Shown: positions 18,539-28,410, counted from the stretch's first letter. The stretch: 40,933 nucleotides of DNA from Acidobacteriota bacterium (GCA_027295805.1 JAPUKF010000295.1:1-40933), one strand, 5' to 3'. A program made the numbers and translations. Notes: a model not told the origin generated them from the letters alone.

Positions 18539-19864
18539 ATGAACAAGAGCGCGAAGACACCGAGTCCCAAGGCCGGCGCCAGCCGATGGCTCCTTCCCGC
18601 GGGGCTTCTGGCTGCCGCCATCACCGCCGGGGTCGTTCTCGGCGGGCTGACCTCCGAAACCAGCAACGATGCCGCCGCCGAACCTGCCGCGGCTCTCCAG
18701 GCCGCCGCCAAGCCCGCTGCCGCCAGGACCGCCCCTCAGGCCAACACCATTTCCCGCGTCAAGCTGGATCTTGAGGGCGCGCCGGTCTTCGGTTCGGAGG
18801 AGGCACCCGTGACTCTGGTGGAGTTCACGGACTACCAATGTGCCTTCTGCCGCAGGGCCCACGCCACGATCAACCAGGTCAAAGAAAAATACGGCGACAA
18901 GGTGCGGCTGGTCTACATGCAGAATCCACTGGGATTCCACAAGGATGCCCCCATGGCGGCCAAGGCCGCCCTGGCCGCCGGCGAGCAGGGACGCTTCCGG
19001 GACATGCATGACCTGCTGCTCAGCAGCGCCGACCTGAAACAGGGCACCCTGCTTGCCCATGCCCGGTCTCTGGATCTGGATATGCCGGCTTTCACCGCGG
19101 CCATGACCGGCGACAAGTTCGACAGCAGGATCCAGAAGGATCAGGCCCAGGCCTCCCGCGTGGGCGCCTCCGCCACGCCGTTCTTCTTCATCAATGGGCG
19201 CAGTGTCCGTGGCGCTCAGCCCATGGCCAGCTTCGAGGCCATCATCGACCAGGAACTGGCGGGCAATCTGCCGCCCACCAAGTGGGTCGCCAGTGCCGCA
19301 GCCCCCGCCTCCCGGCGCCCGGCGGAGGATCCCAACAAGATCTACAAGGTGGACATGGCCAACTCCATCAGCCGTGGACCCGAGGATGCTCCCATCACCC
19401 TGGTGGAGATCACTGCCTTCCAGTGCGGCTTCTGCAAGCGCAGCCAGACCACCATTCAGCAGATCATGGACACCTATCCCGGGAAGGTGCGGCACGTGGT
19501 CATGTACAAACCCTTGCGCGCCCCCACCGGCGCCATCGCTTCCCTGGCGGCAGACCGGCAGGGCAAGTACTGGGAATATCGCAATCTTCTCTTCGAAAAT
19601 CAGAGAGCCATGACGGACCAGAACCTGCAGCTCTGGGCCCAGCAGCTGGGCATGGATGTCGAGAAATTCGAGAAGGACCGCCAGGACCCGGCGCTTGCCC
19701 AGTTCGTCCAGAACAACTCGCGCCAGGCCTCCAGTCTGGGGGTGAGAGGCACCCCGACTTTTTTCATCAACGGGAAAAAACTGGTGGGCGCTCAGCCATT
19801 CGCCGCGTTCCAGAAGCTCATCGACCAGGCGTTGAGTGCTCCCGTCCAGGCGGCGGTGAGCTGA
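18539..19864 (+). CDS. Exported protein with two tandem DsbA/thioredoxin-like domains
   Basis: N-terminal hydrophobic anchor and Ala-rich linker; CAFC...ATPFFFING and CGFC...GTPTFFING; AGGAG SD. Confidence 0.88.
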   Translation: MNKSAKTPSPKAGASRWLLPAGLLAAAITAGVVLGGLTSETSNDAAAEPAAALQAAAKPAAARTAPQANTISRVKLDLEGAPVFGSEEAPVTLVEFTDYQCAFCRRAHATINQVKEKYGDKVRLVYMQNPLGFHKDAPMAAKAALAAGEQGRFRDMHDLLLSSADLKQGTLLAHARSLDLDMPAFTAAMTGDKFDSRIQKDQAQASRVGASATPFFFINGRSVRGAQPMASFEAIIDQELAGNLPPTKWVASAAAPASRRPAEDPNKIYKVDMANSISRGPEDAPITLVEITAFQCGFCKRSQTTIQQIMDTYPGKVRHVVMYKPLRAPTGAIASLAADRQGKYWEYRNLLFENQRAMTDQNLQLWAQQLGMDVEKFEKDRQDPALAQFVQNNSRQASSLGVRGTPTFFINGKKLVGAQPFAAFQKLIDQALSAPVQAAVS

Positions 19865-19878
19865 TCCGTATCTGACAC

Positions 19879-21348
19879 GTGAAGTTACCTGCCGCCCGTC
19901 TGCTGGGGATTGCTCTCGGGCCCGCTCTGTTCTCCCTGGCCGCTTTCCTCCCCTGGCCCGGACTCGATCCGCCCGCGGCCCGGGCCGCGGGTATCGTGGC
20001 CTGGATGGCCGTCTGGTGGATGGCCGAAGTTGTTCCCCTGGCCGTCACCGCCATGCTGCCGCTGGTTCTGTTTCCGGCGTGCGGCATCCTCAAAGCCTCC
20101 GCCGTGGCGCCGCCGTATGCCAACCATTTCGTCTTCCTGATGATGGGCGGCTTCTTCCTGGCCGAGGCCCTGCAGCGCCACGGCCTGCACAAGCGCATAG
20201 CCCTGACCATTGTCACCACCGTGGGTGGCGGGCCGCGCCGCCTGGTGCTGGGCTTCATGATGGCAGCTGCGTTTCTCTCATTGTGGCTTTCCAATACCGC
20301 CACCGCTGCCATGCTTTTTCCCATCGCCCTGGCCGTCAGCGGTCGCGTCCACGCCAGGGGATTCACCGCGGCCCTCATGCTGGGCACGGCATATGCCTGC
20401 AACATTGGCGGCATGGGCACCCTGGTGGGAACCTTTCCCAACGTCGTCCTGGCTGGCATGCTGCCGGACCTGATCCCCGGGGCCCAGGCGCCGGACTTCT
20501 TCGCCTGGATGCTCATGGGCATCCCCCTGGTTGTGGTGCTCATTCCCATGGGCTGGCTGCTGTTGACGACGGTGGCCTTTCCCCTCCCCGGCCGGGGCGA
20601 GACCGGAGCCGCTGAGATCCTTGCTGAGCTGCGCGCACTGGGTCCCATGTCAACAGGTGAGCTGCGCACCGCCATGGTCTTCACCCTCACCGCTCTGGCC
20701 TGGATCGGCCGGCGCGGCATCGACCTGGGACAGATGGGCCATATCCCCGGCTGGGCCGATTTGTTGGGCCTGCAGGACATGGTCCACGATTCCACCGTGG
20801 CTATCGCCGCGACCGTGGCCCTCTTTCTGATCCCCACGGGGAACCGTGAGGCCCGAGGCGCACGCCTCCTGGAGAGTGATGCTCTGCGCCGCATTCCGTG
20901 GCATATTCTCCTTCTGTTCGGGGGCGGTTTCGCTCTGGCCCACGGATTCGTCGCCTCGGGCCTGGACCAGGCCCTGGGGAAGGGGCTGGCGGGCATGGGT
21001 GCCTTGCCGTTGCCCCTGGTCCTCTACGGGGTCTGCCTCGGGGTGAGCCTGCTCACCGAGGTGAACTCCAACACGGCCACTGTCACCACCCTGCTGCCCC
21101 TGGCAGCGGCGGCGGCACCGGCCCTTGGAATTCCCACGGCCCCCGTACTGCTGGCGGTCACCCTTTCGGCATCGTGCGCCTTCATGCTGCCCACGGCCAC
21201 GCCTCCCAATGCCATCGTCTTTGCCGCCGGCGCTTTCACCTTGAGACGCATGGCCTCCGTTGGCATCATCATGAACCTGCTGGCAGCCGTGGTTATTGCC
21301 ATCACGGCGTGGTTCGCGAGAGGGCTGATCCTATCAGTGGTATCCTGA
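19879..21348 (+). CDS. SLC13/DASS family sodium-coupled anion (dicarboxylate/sulfate) symporter
   Basis: WW..EVVPLAVT, LSLWLSNTAT, IGGMGTLVGT.PN, LFGGG, TE..SNTAT, AFMLP.ATPPNAI. Confidence 0.92.
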   Translation: MKLPAARLLGIALGPALFSLAAFLPWPGLDPPAARAAGIVAWMAVWWMAEVVPLAVTAMLPLVLFPACGILKASAVAPPYANHFVFLMMGGFFLAEALQRHGLHKRIALTIVTTVGGGPRRLVLGFMMAAAFLSLWLSNTATAAMLFPIALAVSGRVHARGFTAALMLGTAYACNIGGMGTLVGTFPNVVLAGMLPDLIPGAQAPDFFAWMLMGIPLVVVLIPMGWLLLTTVAFPLPGRGETGAAEILAELRALGPMSTGELRTAMVFTLTALAWIGRRGIDLGQMGHIPGWADLLGLQDMVHDSTVAIAATVALFLIPTGNREARGARLLESDALRRIPWHILLLFGGGFALAHGFVASGLDQALGKGLAGMGALPLPLVLYGVCLGVSLLTEVNSNTATVTTLLPLAAAAAPALGIPTAPVLLAVTLSASCAFMLPTATPPNAIVFAAGAFTLRRMASVGIIMNLLAAVVIAITAWFARGLILSVVS

Positions 21349-21369
21349 CCTCTTTCCGGAGGTCAGACC

Positions 21370-22035
21370 GTGCCCGTCAGCCGGCCCTTGTTCGTAACCC
21401 TCGAAGGGATTGAGGGCTGCGGAAAAACCACGCAGATCAGCCGCCTGTCCACTTTCCTGACCCGGTCCGGAGTGGCCCACAAGGTGACCCGGGAACCGGG
21501 AGGGACCCCTGCAGGCGAAGAAATCCGCCGCATCCTGCTGACACCGCGGGATCCGGCCTTGACCCCGCTGGCGGACCTCCTCCTCTATGGCGCCGCCCGC
21601 GCCCAGCACCTGGAACTGGTCATCGAACCTGCCCTGGCCGCGGGCAGGACCGTTCTCTGTGATCGCTATCGCGATGCAACCGCCGCCTACCAGGGTTTTG
21701 GCTCCGGTCTTCCCCTGGACATCATCGACGCGCTGCACGACCTGCCCGGTCTCAACCGGCGCCCCGATCTGACCCTGCTTCTTGACCTGCCCGTGGCCAC
21801 GGGGCTCGAGCGGGCGAGAGCGCGGCAGACAAGCGATGGGGATATCCTCACCCGCTTCGAAGAGGCCACCCTCACCTTTCACGGCAAGGTGCGTGAGGGT
21901 TACCTGGAACTGGCGCGGCGAGAGCCTTCCCGGTTCGTGGTCATCGATGCGGCGGGACCTCCAGAAGATGTCTTCGAGCGCCTGCGCGCGCCCCTGGCCA
22001 TGCGCCTCGGCCTGAGGGAAGGAAGCGATGGCTAA
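21370..22035 (+). CDS. tmk: Thymidylate kinase
   Basis: EGIEGCGKTTQ P-loop, REPGGT, AARAQH, CDRY...AYQG, PDLTLLLD. Confidence 0.95.
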   Translation: MPVSRPLFVTLEGIEGCGKTTQISRLSTFLTRSGVAHKVTREPGGTPAGEEIRRILLTPRDPALTPLADLLLYGAARAQHLELVIEPALAAGRTVLCDRYRDATAAYQGFGSGLPLDIIDALHDLPGLNRRPDLTLLLDLPVATGLERARARQTSDGDILTRFEEATLTFHGKVREGYLELARREPSRFVVIDAAGPPEDVFERLRAPLAMRLGLREGSDG

Positions 22036-23188
22036 GAAGAAAAAGGCCAAAGCAGAGCCTCTCCCGGATTCACCGCTCCTGTGCCTCAGCGAACTCGTCG
22101 GCAACCAGCGGCCACGCCGCCTGCTGGCCGCGGCTCTTATTGAGGGCCGCCTGTTTCCCGTGCTGCTCCTCCATGGTCCGCCAGGCATCGGCAAATTCAC
22201 CACGGCCCGGGCCATCGCCGCAGCCGTCAACTGCGCCTCGCCCGACGGCGCCGATGCCTGCCGCCAGTGCCCCTCGTGCCGCAAGGTGGCCGCATGGACC
22301 CACCCCGACATCAAGGTCCTGGAGAGCGCAGCCGACGCGCAGGCGGCCGGGCGCCCGGATTTTTTCCCCGATGCCCAGGCGGCCTCCCGCTCAGGCGGCC
22401 GCGTCGCGACCCGCCTCCTCATCGGCCAGGTGCGGCGACTGCTGCATGAAACCGCCTTCAAGCCGTTCGAGGGTGGGCGGCGTGTTTTCATCATCCGCCA
22501 CCTGGAGAGCGACCCTTCCATGGGGTGCGCCAACGCCCTGCTGAAGGTTCTGGAAGAGCCGCCGCCCGGCACCAGCTTCATTCTCAGCTCCTCGCGGCCC
22601 GACCTGCTGCCTGACACCATCCGCTCCCGCTGCAAGACGCTGGCCTTCCTGCCGCCATCCCGGGAAGAAACGGCGGAGTTCCTGGCCGGGCGCGGCATCC
22701 CGCCTTAAGAAGCCGCCCTGCGCGCGGCCCTCAGCGGCGGGCGGCCGGGAGCGGCCCTCTCTCTGGATGCCGAGGGTGGACTGGGCATGCGCGACGGCAT
22801 CCTGGCCGCCCTGGAGGCCGCCGCAAGCTCCGACCCCATGCACGCCGTGACAGCGGCCGAGGCACTCCTGCCGGCTGCCGGCGAGATGCCCGGGCTCATG
22901 GCGCTGTTCGCTCTCGTGGCCCGGGACATCATGGTGCTGCCATTCGATCCCCAGCGCCGGCTGATCACCAATCAGGATCGCCTCACCGAACTGGAGACAC
23001 TCGCCACCGCCATCCCGCCGCAGAGGGCCGCCCGCCTGTTGGAGCGGATTGCATGGTGCGAAGGTGCCTTGCAGCGCTCCGTCAACGCCTCCCTGATGTT
23101 GCAGACTCTGCTTCTGGAGACGTCTGGACACCTGCCCTGCGACCCTCTCACCACACCCTGGCTGGGGGAGGAGGAGGCCGGGACTTGA
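22028..23188 (+). pseudogene. holB: DNA polymerase III subunit delta-prime, interrupted by one in-frame TAA (probably a sequence error)
   Basis: GPPGIGK, Zn cysteines, HPD, ANALLK.LEEPP, TIRSRC. After TAA at 22706-22708 the same frame continues EAALRAALSGGRPGAAL... to TGA at 23188. tmk-holB synteny. Confidence 0.88.
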
Positions 23189-24897
23189 TCCTGGAGATGC
23201 TGCAGCGCTACCGGCTGCGCTTCGCCCTCGGCGCCGGGCTGCTGCTGGTCACCAACGCCATCGCCCTGTGCATCCCGCTGCTCCTGCGGGCGGCGGTGGA
23301 GGCCCTGCGCCAGGGGGGAAATCCGGTCGGGCGTTACGCCCTGTTCATCGCTCTCCTGGCCGGCGGCCAGGCCGTGGTGCGCACCGCGTCACGGCTGGCC
23401 ATCCTGGGCGCCAGCCGGCAGATCGCCTACGACCTGCGCAACCGCTTCTTCACCCACTTGCAACGGTTGCCGGCCTCTTTTCACGCCCGCACACCTATCG
23501 GCGATCTCATGAGCCGCGCCGTCAACGACATGATGTCGGTGCGCTCGTTCTTCGGCCCGGGCGTCATGAACATCGTGAACACCACCATCGTCTATATCTC
23601 CGGCCTGTGCCTCATGACCTGGATCAGCCCGCAGCTCACCCTGGTGGCGCTCTTTCCCCTGCCGCTTCTCATGTTTGCCGTTCAGCGCACCAGCCGGCGA
23701 CTCTACAGCCGCAGCCGTGCCGTTCAGGAGCGCCTGGCTCAGCTCTCCGAGCAGGCGCGGGAGAATATCAGCGGCATCCAGTTGGTGAAGACCTACGCCC
23801 GGTAAGACGCGGAGGTTGCCTCCTTTGCACGCGTCAGCGCCGCCTACCGCGATGACACTCTCTCCCTGGCCCGGGTGCGCGGGATTCTCATCCCTCTCAT
23901 GGGTTCCCTGGGCGGCATGTCCAGTCTCATGGCCGTCTGGTTCGGGGGTCGCCTGGTGGCCGTCGGCACCATCAGCCTGGGAGACTTCGTGGCCTTTTCA
24001 GCCTACCTGGGAATGCTGATCTGGCCCACCGTGGCCATGGGCTGGGTGATCAACAGCTTCCAGCGTGGCCGGGTGGCCATGGTCCGCCTCCAGGAGATCC
24101 TTGACCTGCCTCCCGAGACCGATGAGGGGGGCGGTGACATGTCCATCACCGAGCTCCACGGCGAGATCGAGATCCGGAATCTCACGGTCTCCCACATTGA
24201 GAATGGCCCGCCGGCCCTGCACAACTTGTCCCTGCGCATCGGCGCCGGGGAAACCGTCGCCCTGGTGGGACCGGTGGGCTCGGGCAAGTCCACCGTGGCC
24301 GAGATTCTGCCGCGCTTCCTGCGGGTGCCCGATGGCACCGTCTTCATGGACGGACACGACATCAATCGTATTCCCCTGTCTGTGCTGCGCCGGCACCTGG
24401 GCTACGCACCCCAGGAGGCGTTCCTTTTCTCACGCAGCCTGCGGGACAACATCGCGTTCGGTCTGGAAAATCCTGCGGCCGACGAGGTGGAGCGTGCGGC
24501 GGCTCTCTCCGGGCTCAGCCGTGACCTGGACGGATTCCCCGCAGGCCTGGAAACCCTGGTGGGTGAAGGCGGCGTCACCCTCTCAGGTGGGCAGCGCCAG
24601 CGTACTGCCCTGGCCCGTGCCCTGGTGCGCGGCCCGCGCATCCTGATCCTGGATGATTCCCTCTCCTCGGTGGATTCGGAGACCGAGCAACAGATTCTCG
24701 ACGGCCTGGAGCAGTCGACCCAGCGCCGGACCACCCTGCTCATCTCCCACCGCCTCACCACCGCCAGCCGCGCCGACCGGGTGATCGTGCTCGACGCCGG
24801 CCGCGCCGTGGAGGAAGGAACTCCTGGGTCGCTTCTCGCCCAGGGTGGCCTCTTCGCGGAGATGTGCCGTCGCCAGGAAGTGGAAGGGAGCGCATGA
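23185..24897 (+). pseudogene. ABC exporter half-transporter (MdlA/YheI-like), interrupted by one in-frame TAA (probably a sequence error)
   Basis: TTG start overlaps the holB stop with GAGGAGG SD. The TMD continues in frame across TAA at 23803-23805 into the NBD: GPVGSGKST, LSGGQRQR, degenerate Walker B ILDDSLSSVD. Confidence 0.87.
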
Positions 24898-26699
24898 AAC
24901 ACGGCGCCCGCGGGGTCAGCGAAGAGAGTGTTCTGGGCAAGGCCTACGACGCACGCCTGATGCGCTGGCTGTGGGGCTGGGTGAGACCCCACCGGCACCT
25001 GGTGGGGCTGTCCATCGTGCTCTTCGTGGCCGTGTCCGGCGTGCAACTGGTGCAGCCCTATCTGGTGATGGTCGCCATCGACCGCTACATGCTGCGCGGC
25101 AACGTGGCGGGATTGAACCTCATCGCCCTTCTCTTTCTGGCTGCCATACTGGGCGAATTCCTCTTTCGCTCTCTCGAGATCTACGTCATGGAGCGCACCG
25201 GCCAGGCCGTCATCCTGGACCTGCGCCGGGCCCTGTTTGCCCACCTGCAGCGCCTGCCGGCACGCTTTTTCGACCGGAATCCGGTGGGGCGCCTGGTGAC
25301 CCGCGTGACCACCGATGTGGAATCGCTGAACGAAGTGTTTGCCTCCGGCGTGGTCACCGTGGCCGGCGACCTGGTCAAGCTTCTGGGCATCATCGGAGTC
25401 ATGCTCTGGCTGGACACGCGCCTGGCCCTGGTCACCTTCACCGTGGTGCCCGTCATGCTGGCCCTCTCCCTCTTCTTCCGGGTGCGCATGCGGGACGCCT
25501 ATCGACGCATGCGGCTGTGCCTGGCCCGCATCAATGCGACCCTGCATGAGGCCCTTGCCGGCATGCACCTGGTGCAGCTATTCAACCGCCAGGACAGACA
25601 GTACGCCGAGTTCGAGGAACTCAATCGCGCCCACCTGGCGGCCGACACCGGATCGGTCATTTATGACTCTCTTTTCTCCGCGGTCATCGAGTGGGTGGGA
25701 ACCCTCTCGGTCGCCCTCATCATCTGGTACGGCGGCCGAGAGATCATCAGCGGTGCCATCACCTTCGGCGTGCTGGTGGCGTTCATCGAGTATACCCAGC
25801 GCTTTTTTCAACCCATCCGGGAGCTGTCCACCAAATACACCGTCATGCAGGCGGCCATGGCCTCCTCGGAACGACTTGTGGCCCTCATGGCGGAACAACC
25901 CGAAGCGGGGGCCAGAACCGACCTCCCCGCCTCGATCACGGGTGTCACTTCCTCAGCACGGGGAGAGTTGACTTTCGAGAATGTCCACTTCCATTACCAG
26001 GAGGATGAACCGGTCCTCAACGGCGTGAGCTTCACGGTGGAGGCCGGCCGCAAGGTGGCGCTGGTCGGGTTCACCGGCGCCGGCAAGACGACCATCTCCA
26101 AGCTGCTGGTGCGTCTCTACGAGCCGACGGCCGGGCGCATCCTTCTGGATGGCGTTGATATCCGCACCCTTGAACCCCGGAACCTGCGCCGGCGCATGGG
26201 CGTGGTCTTGCAGGATTCATTTCTGTTTCGCGGCACCATTGCCGCCAATATCACTCTGGATGACCCTGCCATCACTCGCCGGCGCATGGAGGAAGCGGCC
26301 TGCGCCGTGCAGGCGGACAGGTTCATCAGAGATCTGTCCGGTGGGTATGACCACCAGGTCCAGAGCCGGGGCAGCAACCTCTCCACCGGCCAGAAACAGC
26401 TTCTCGCCTTTGCCCGCGCCCTGGCTTTCGATCCGGAAATTCTCATCCTGGACGAGGCGACCTCGTCGGTGGACCCTGTCACCGAGCGCCGCATCCAGAG
26501 CGCCCTGGCGAAACTGACGCGCGGGCGCACCTCCCTCATCATCGCCCACCGCCTTTCCACCATCGTCTCTGCCGACCGGATCCTCGTCCTCCACCAGGGC
26601 CTGGTCCACGAAGACGGCACCCACGCACAACTGCTGGCCCGGGATGACCTTTATGCCCGCCTCTACCGCCTGCAGGCCGGACGAGAGAGCCGGAAGTAG
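24894..26699 (+). CDS. ABC exporter half-transporter (MdlB/YheH-like partner)
   Basis: TMD plus GFTGAGKTT, degenerate signature LSTGQKQ, canonical ILDEATSSVD and AHRLS; ATGA overlap with the upstream partner; typical asymmetric heterodimer. Confidence 0.93.
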   Translation: MKHGARGVSEESVLGKAYDARLMRWLWGWVRPHRHLVGLSIVLFVAVSGVQLVQPYLVMVAIDRYMLRGNVAGLNLIALLFLAAILGEFLFRSLEIYVMERTGQAVILDLRRALFAHLQRLPARFFDRNPVGRLVTRVTTDVESLNEVFASGVVTVAGDLVKLLGIIGVMLWLDTRLALVTFTVVPVMLALSLFFRVRMRDAYRRMRLCLARINATLHEALAGMHLVQLFNRQDRQYAEFEELNRAHLAADTGSVIYDSLFSAVIEWVGTLSVALIIWYGGREIISGAITFGVLVAFIEYTQRFFQPIRELSTKYTVMQAAMASSERLVALMAEQPEAGARTDLPASITGVTSSARGELTFENVHFHYQEDEPVLNGVSFTVEAGRKVALVGFTGAGKTTISKLLVRLYEPTAGRILLDGVDIRTLEPRNLRRRMGVVLQDSFLFRGTIAANITLDDPAITRRRMEEAACAVQADRFIRDLSGGYDHQVQSRGSNLSTGQKQLLAFARALAFDPEILILDEATSSVDPVTERRIQSALAKLTRGRTSLIIAHRLSTIVSADRILVLHQGLVHEDGTHAQLLARDDLYARLYRLQAGRESRK

Positions 26700-26710
26700 C
26701 CCCAATCAGT

Positions 26711-26750
26711 TGGGTCTGTCCGGATGCCGACCCACCATATCTTGCGTTTT
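26711..26750 (+). terminator. Possible terminator hairpin after the ABC operon
   Basis: TGGGTC...GACCCA stem (26711-26734) shortly after the TAG stop, with T-rich sequence downstream. Confidence 0.35.
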
Positions 26751-26754
26751 CCTG

Positions 26755-26783
26755 TTGACTCACAATCTCCACTCTGTTAGCCT
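26755..26783 (+). promoter_or_regulatory. Sigma70-type promoter with no downstream CDS
   Basis: TTGACT (26755-26760), 17-nt spacer, TAGCCT (26778-26783) with an extended-10 TG at 26775-26776. Confidence 0.55.
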
Positions 26784-26789
26784 TCGCCT

Positions 26790-27195
26790 CAGATCGTGTC
26801 CGACGTTCTCCGGGAACACGTTGCAGACGAAACACACATTTCAGTCACGGGATGGGTGGTTCACCATTCAAGGCAGCCCCGCCTTTGATTCTGTGCTTTC
26901 CGCGTACCCTGTTGAGAGATTGAAGCAGTCCCGTATCCCGCCTGGCGGCGCACCCGGCCTGGCGAAAGCGGGGTCTCTTTCTGGACCCTTGCCGGCGACC
27001 GCCTCTCACCCTACCTCCATGGGAAGCACCCATCCCTATTTTTCACCTGCGGGTAGTTTCGACCCACCTCCCCCGGGAGATCCTCAGAGAGCGGGAATGA
27101 ACCCCTGCAAAGAACCCCCTCTCTTGCGGAAGTCCTATCCCCCTCTCCACGTCTCTCCCGGGGGAGGATTATCGGGGGCCAGGGAATAGCCCCTA
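26790..27195 (+). ncRNA. Candidate structured non-coding RNA, about 250-400 nt, unknown family
   Basis: About 530-nt gap between convergent genes, with an orphan promoter and two long-range helices (26849-26867/27019-27036 and 27067-27080/27154-27167). Confidence 0.5.
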
Positions 27196-27231
27196 CACAG
27201 CCTGTCAACACTCTGACGAAGCTTCCCCCGC

Positions 27232-28410
27232 TCAGTACTTCTGGAGTTGGGTCCGGTAGCCGCGGACATTGCGGGCCACTTCGGTCATGGAGTCGCCGCC
27301 GAACTTCTCCATGAAGGCATCGGCCAGCACCAGGGCCATCATGGCCTCCCCCACCACGCCGGCGGCGGAGATGGCCGTGATATCGGTGCGTTCCACCGCC
27401 GCCTTGAACGGCTCCTTGGTATTCACGTCCACCGAGGCCAGTGGCTTCTTAAGGGTGGAGAGCGGCTTCATGTACCCGCGCACCCTGACCTCGCCGCCAT
27501 TGCTGATGCCGCCTTCCATGCCGCCGGCGCGATTGGTGCGCCGGGAGAAGCTCTTCCAGCGGCCGCCGCGCAGGATCTCATCGTGGATGGCGCTGCCGCG
27601 ACTGGCTGCGGCATGAATGCCGGCGCCGATCTCCACCGCCTTGATGGCCGGGATCGACATGATGGCCTGGGCCAGGCGTCCGTCCAGCTTGGTGTCCCAG
27701 TGCCTGTGACTTCCCAGGCCCGGCAGCACGCCTGCGGCCACCACCTCGAAGGCACCCCCGATGGTGTCCAGATCGGCCGCTGTCGCATCGATAACGGCGA
27801 TCATATCTTTCTCCAGATCCTCATCGGCAACTCTCAGCGCTGAATCGCCGGAGATATTTGTGATGTCCACGAACGGCACCTCGTGCCCCGGCGGGTAGGC
27901 GGCATTCCCCACCCGCACCACGTGACTCGCGATCATCACCGAGAACTGTTCCAGGAACTGCACGGCCAGGGCGCCTGCGGCCGTGCGCGCCGCTGTCTCC
28001 CGCGCGGAGGCCCGCTCGAGGATGTCGCGCACGTCATGGGTGTCGTACTTGAGCGCACCCGCAAGATCCGCATGACCGGGTCGGGGGCGTGTGACTTCGC
28101 GCTTCTTGGTCCCTTCGGGAACCGGCGCCGGGCTCATGGCCTCGCGCCAGTTGACGAAGTCCTTGTTCTCGATGCGCAGGGACACCGGACTGCCCAGGGT
28201 CCGGCCGTGACGGATCCCTCCCTGGACCTCCACCACGTCGGACTCAATGGATGTCATGCGCGGACCGCGGCCGTAACCGCCCATGCGCCGCTTCAGCATG
28301 GCATTGACGGCATCCAGATCAACCTCCAGGCCGGCGGGAAGACCATCCAGGGTCACCAGGAGGGCCGGGCCGTGGGACTCGCCCGCCGTCAGGAAACGCA
28401 GGGCTCTCAC
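27232..28410 (-). CDS. aroC: Chorismate synthase
   Basis: TAGESHG, RPRPGHAD, LERASARETAAR, NRAGG.EGGISNG, MKPLSTL. Confidence 0.96.
   Translation of the reverse strand: MRALRFLTAGESHGPALLVTLDGLPAGLEVDLDAVNAMLKRRMGGYGRGPRMTSIESDVVEVQGGIRHGRTLGSPVSLRIENKDFVNWREAMSPAPVPEGTKKREVTRPRPGHADLAGALKYDTHDVRDILERASARETAARTAAGALAVQFLEQFSVMIASHVVRVGNAAYPPGHEVPFVDITNISGDSALRVADEDLEKDMIAVIDATAADLDTIGGAFEVVAAGVLPGLGSHRHWDTKLDGRLAQAIMSIPAIKAVEIGAGIHAAASRGSAIHDEILRGGRWKSFSRRTNRAGGMEGGISNGGEVRVRGYMKPLSTLKKPLASVDVNTKEPFKAAVERTDITAISAAGVVGEAMMALVLADAFMEKFGGDSMTEVARNVRGYRTQLQKY

Noticed and set aside
18410-18541. The PilT-like gene and the DsbA gene are in the same frame with only one TAA between them (possible readthrough fusion)
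   Set aside because: The DsbA gene has its own TATACT-like -10, AGGAG SD and export signal, and KRGFFSR looks like a genuine C-terminus. A 126-nt stop-free spacer is unremarkable at this GC content.
26790-27195. Identification as tmRNA, RNase P RNA, SRP RNA or a riboswitch
   Set aside because: No tRNA-like ends, no GAGGAAAGUCC/ACAGAA-CGGCUUA pair, no SRP domain IV motif, and no downstream co-directional gene for a riboswitch to control.
27168-27208. Minus-strand TTGACA (27208-27203) and GATAAT (27173-27168) as a promoter for the structured region
   Set aside because: The spacing is 29 nt, incompatible with sigma70; the + strand promoter has the correct 17-nt spacing.
26644-27211. ORFs 26644-27189 (+), 26845-27033 (-) and 27011-27211 (-) in the ABC-aroC gap
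   Set aside because: No recognisable motifs; the Pro/Gly/Arg bias is explained by the inverted repeats; SD spacing is poor. A small peptide cannot be fully excluded.
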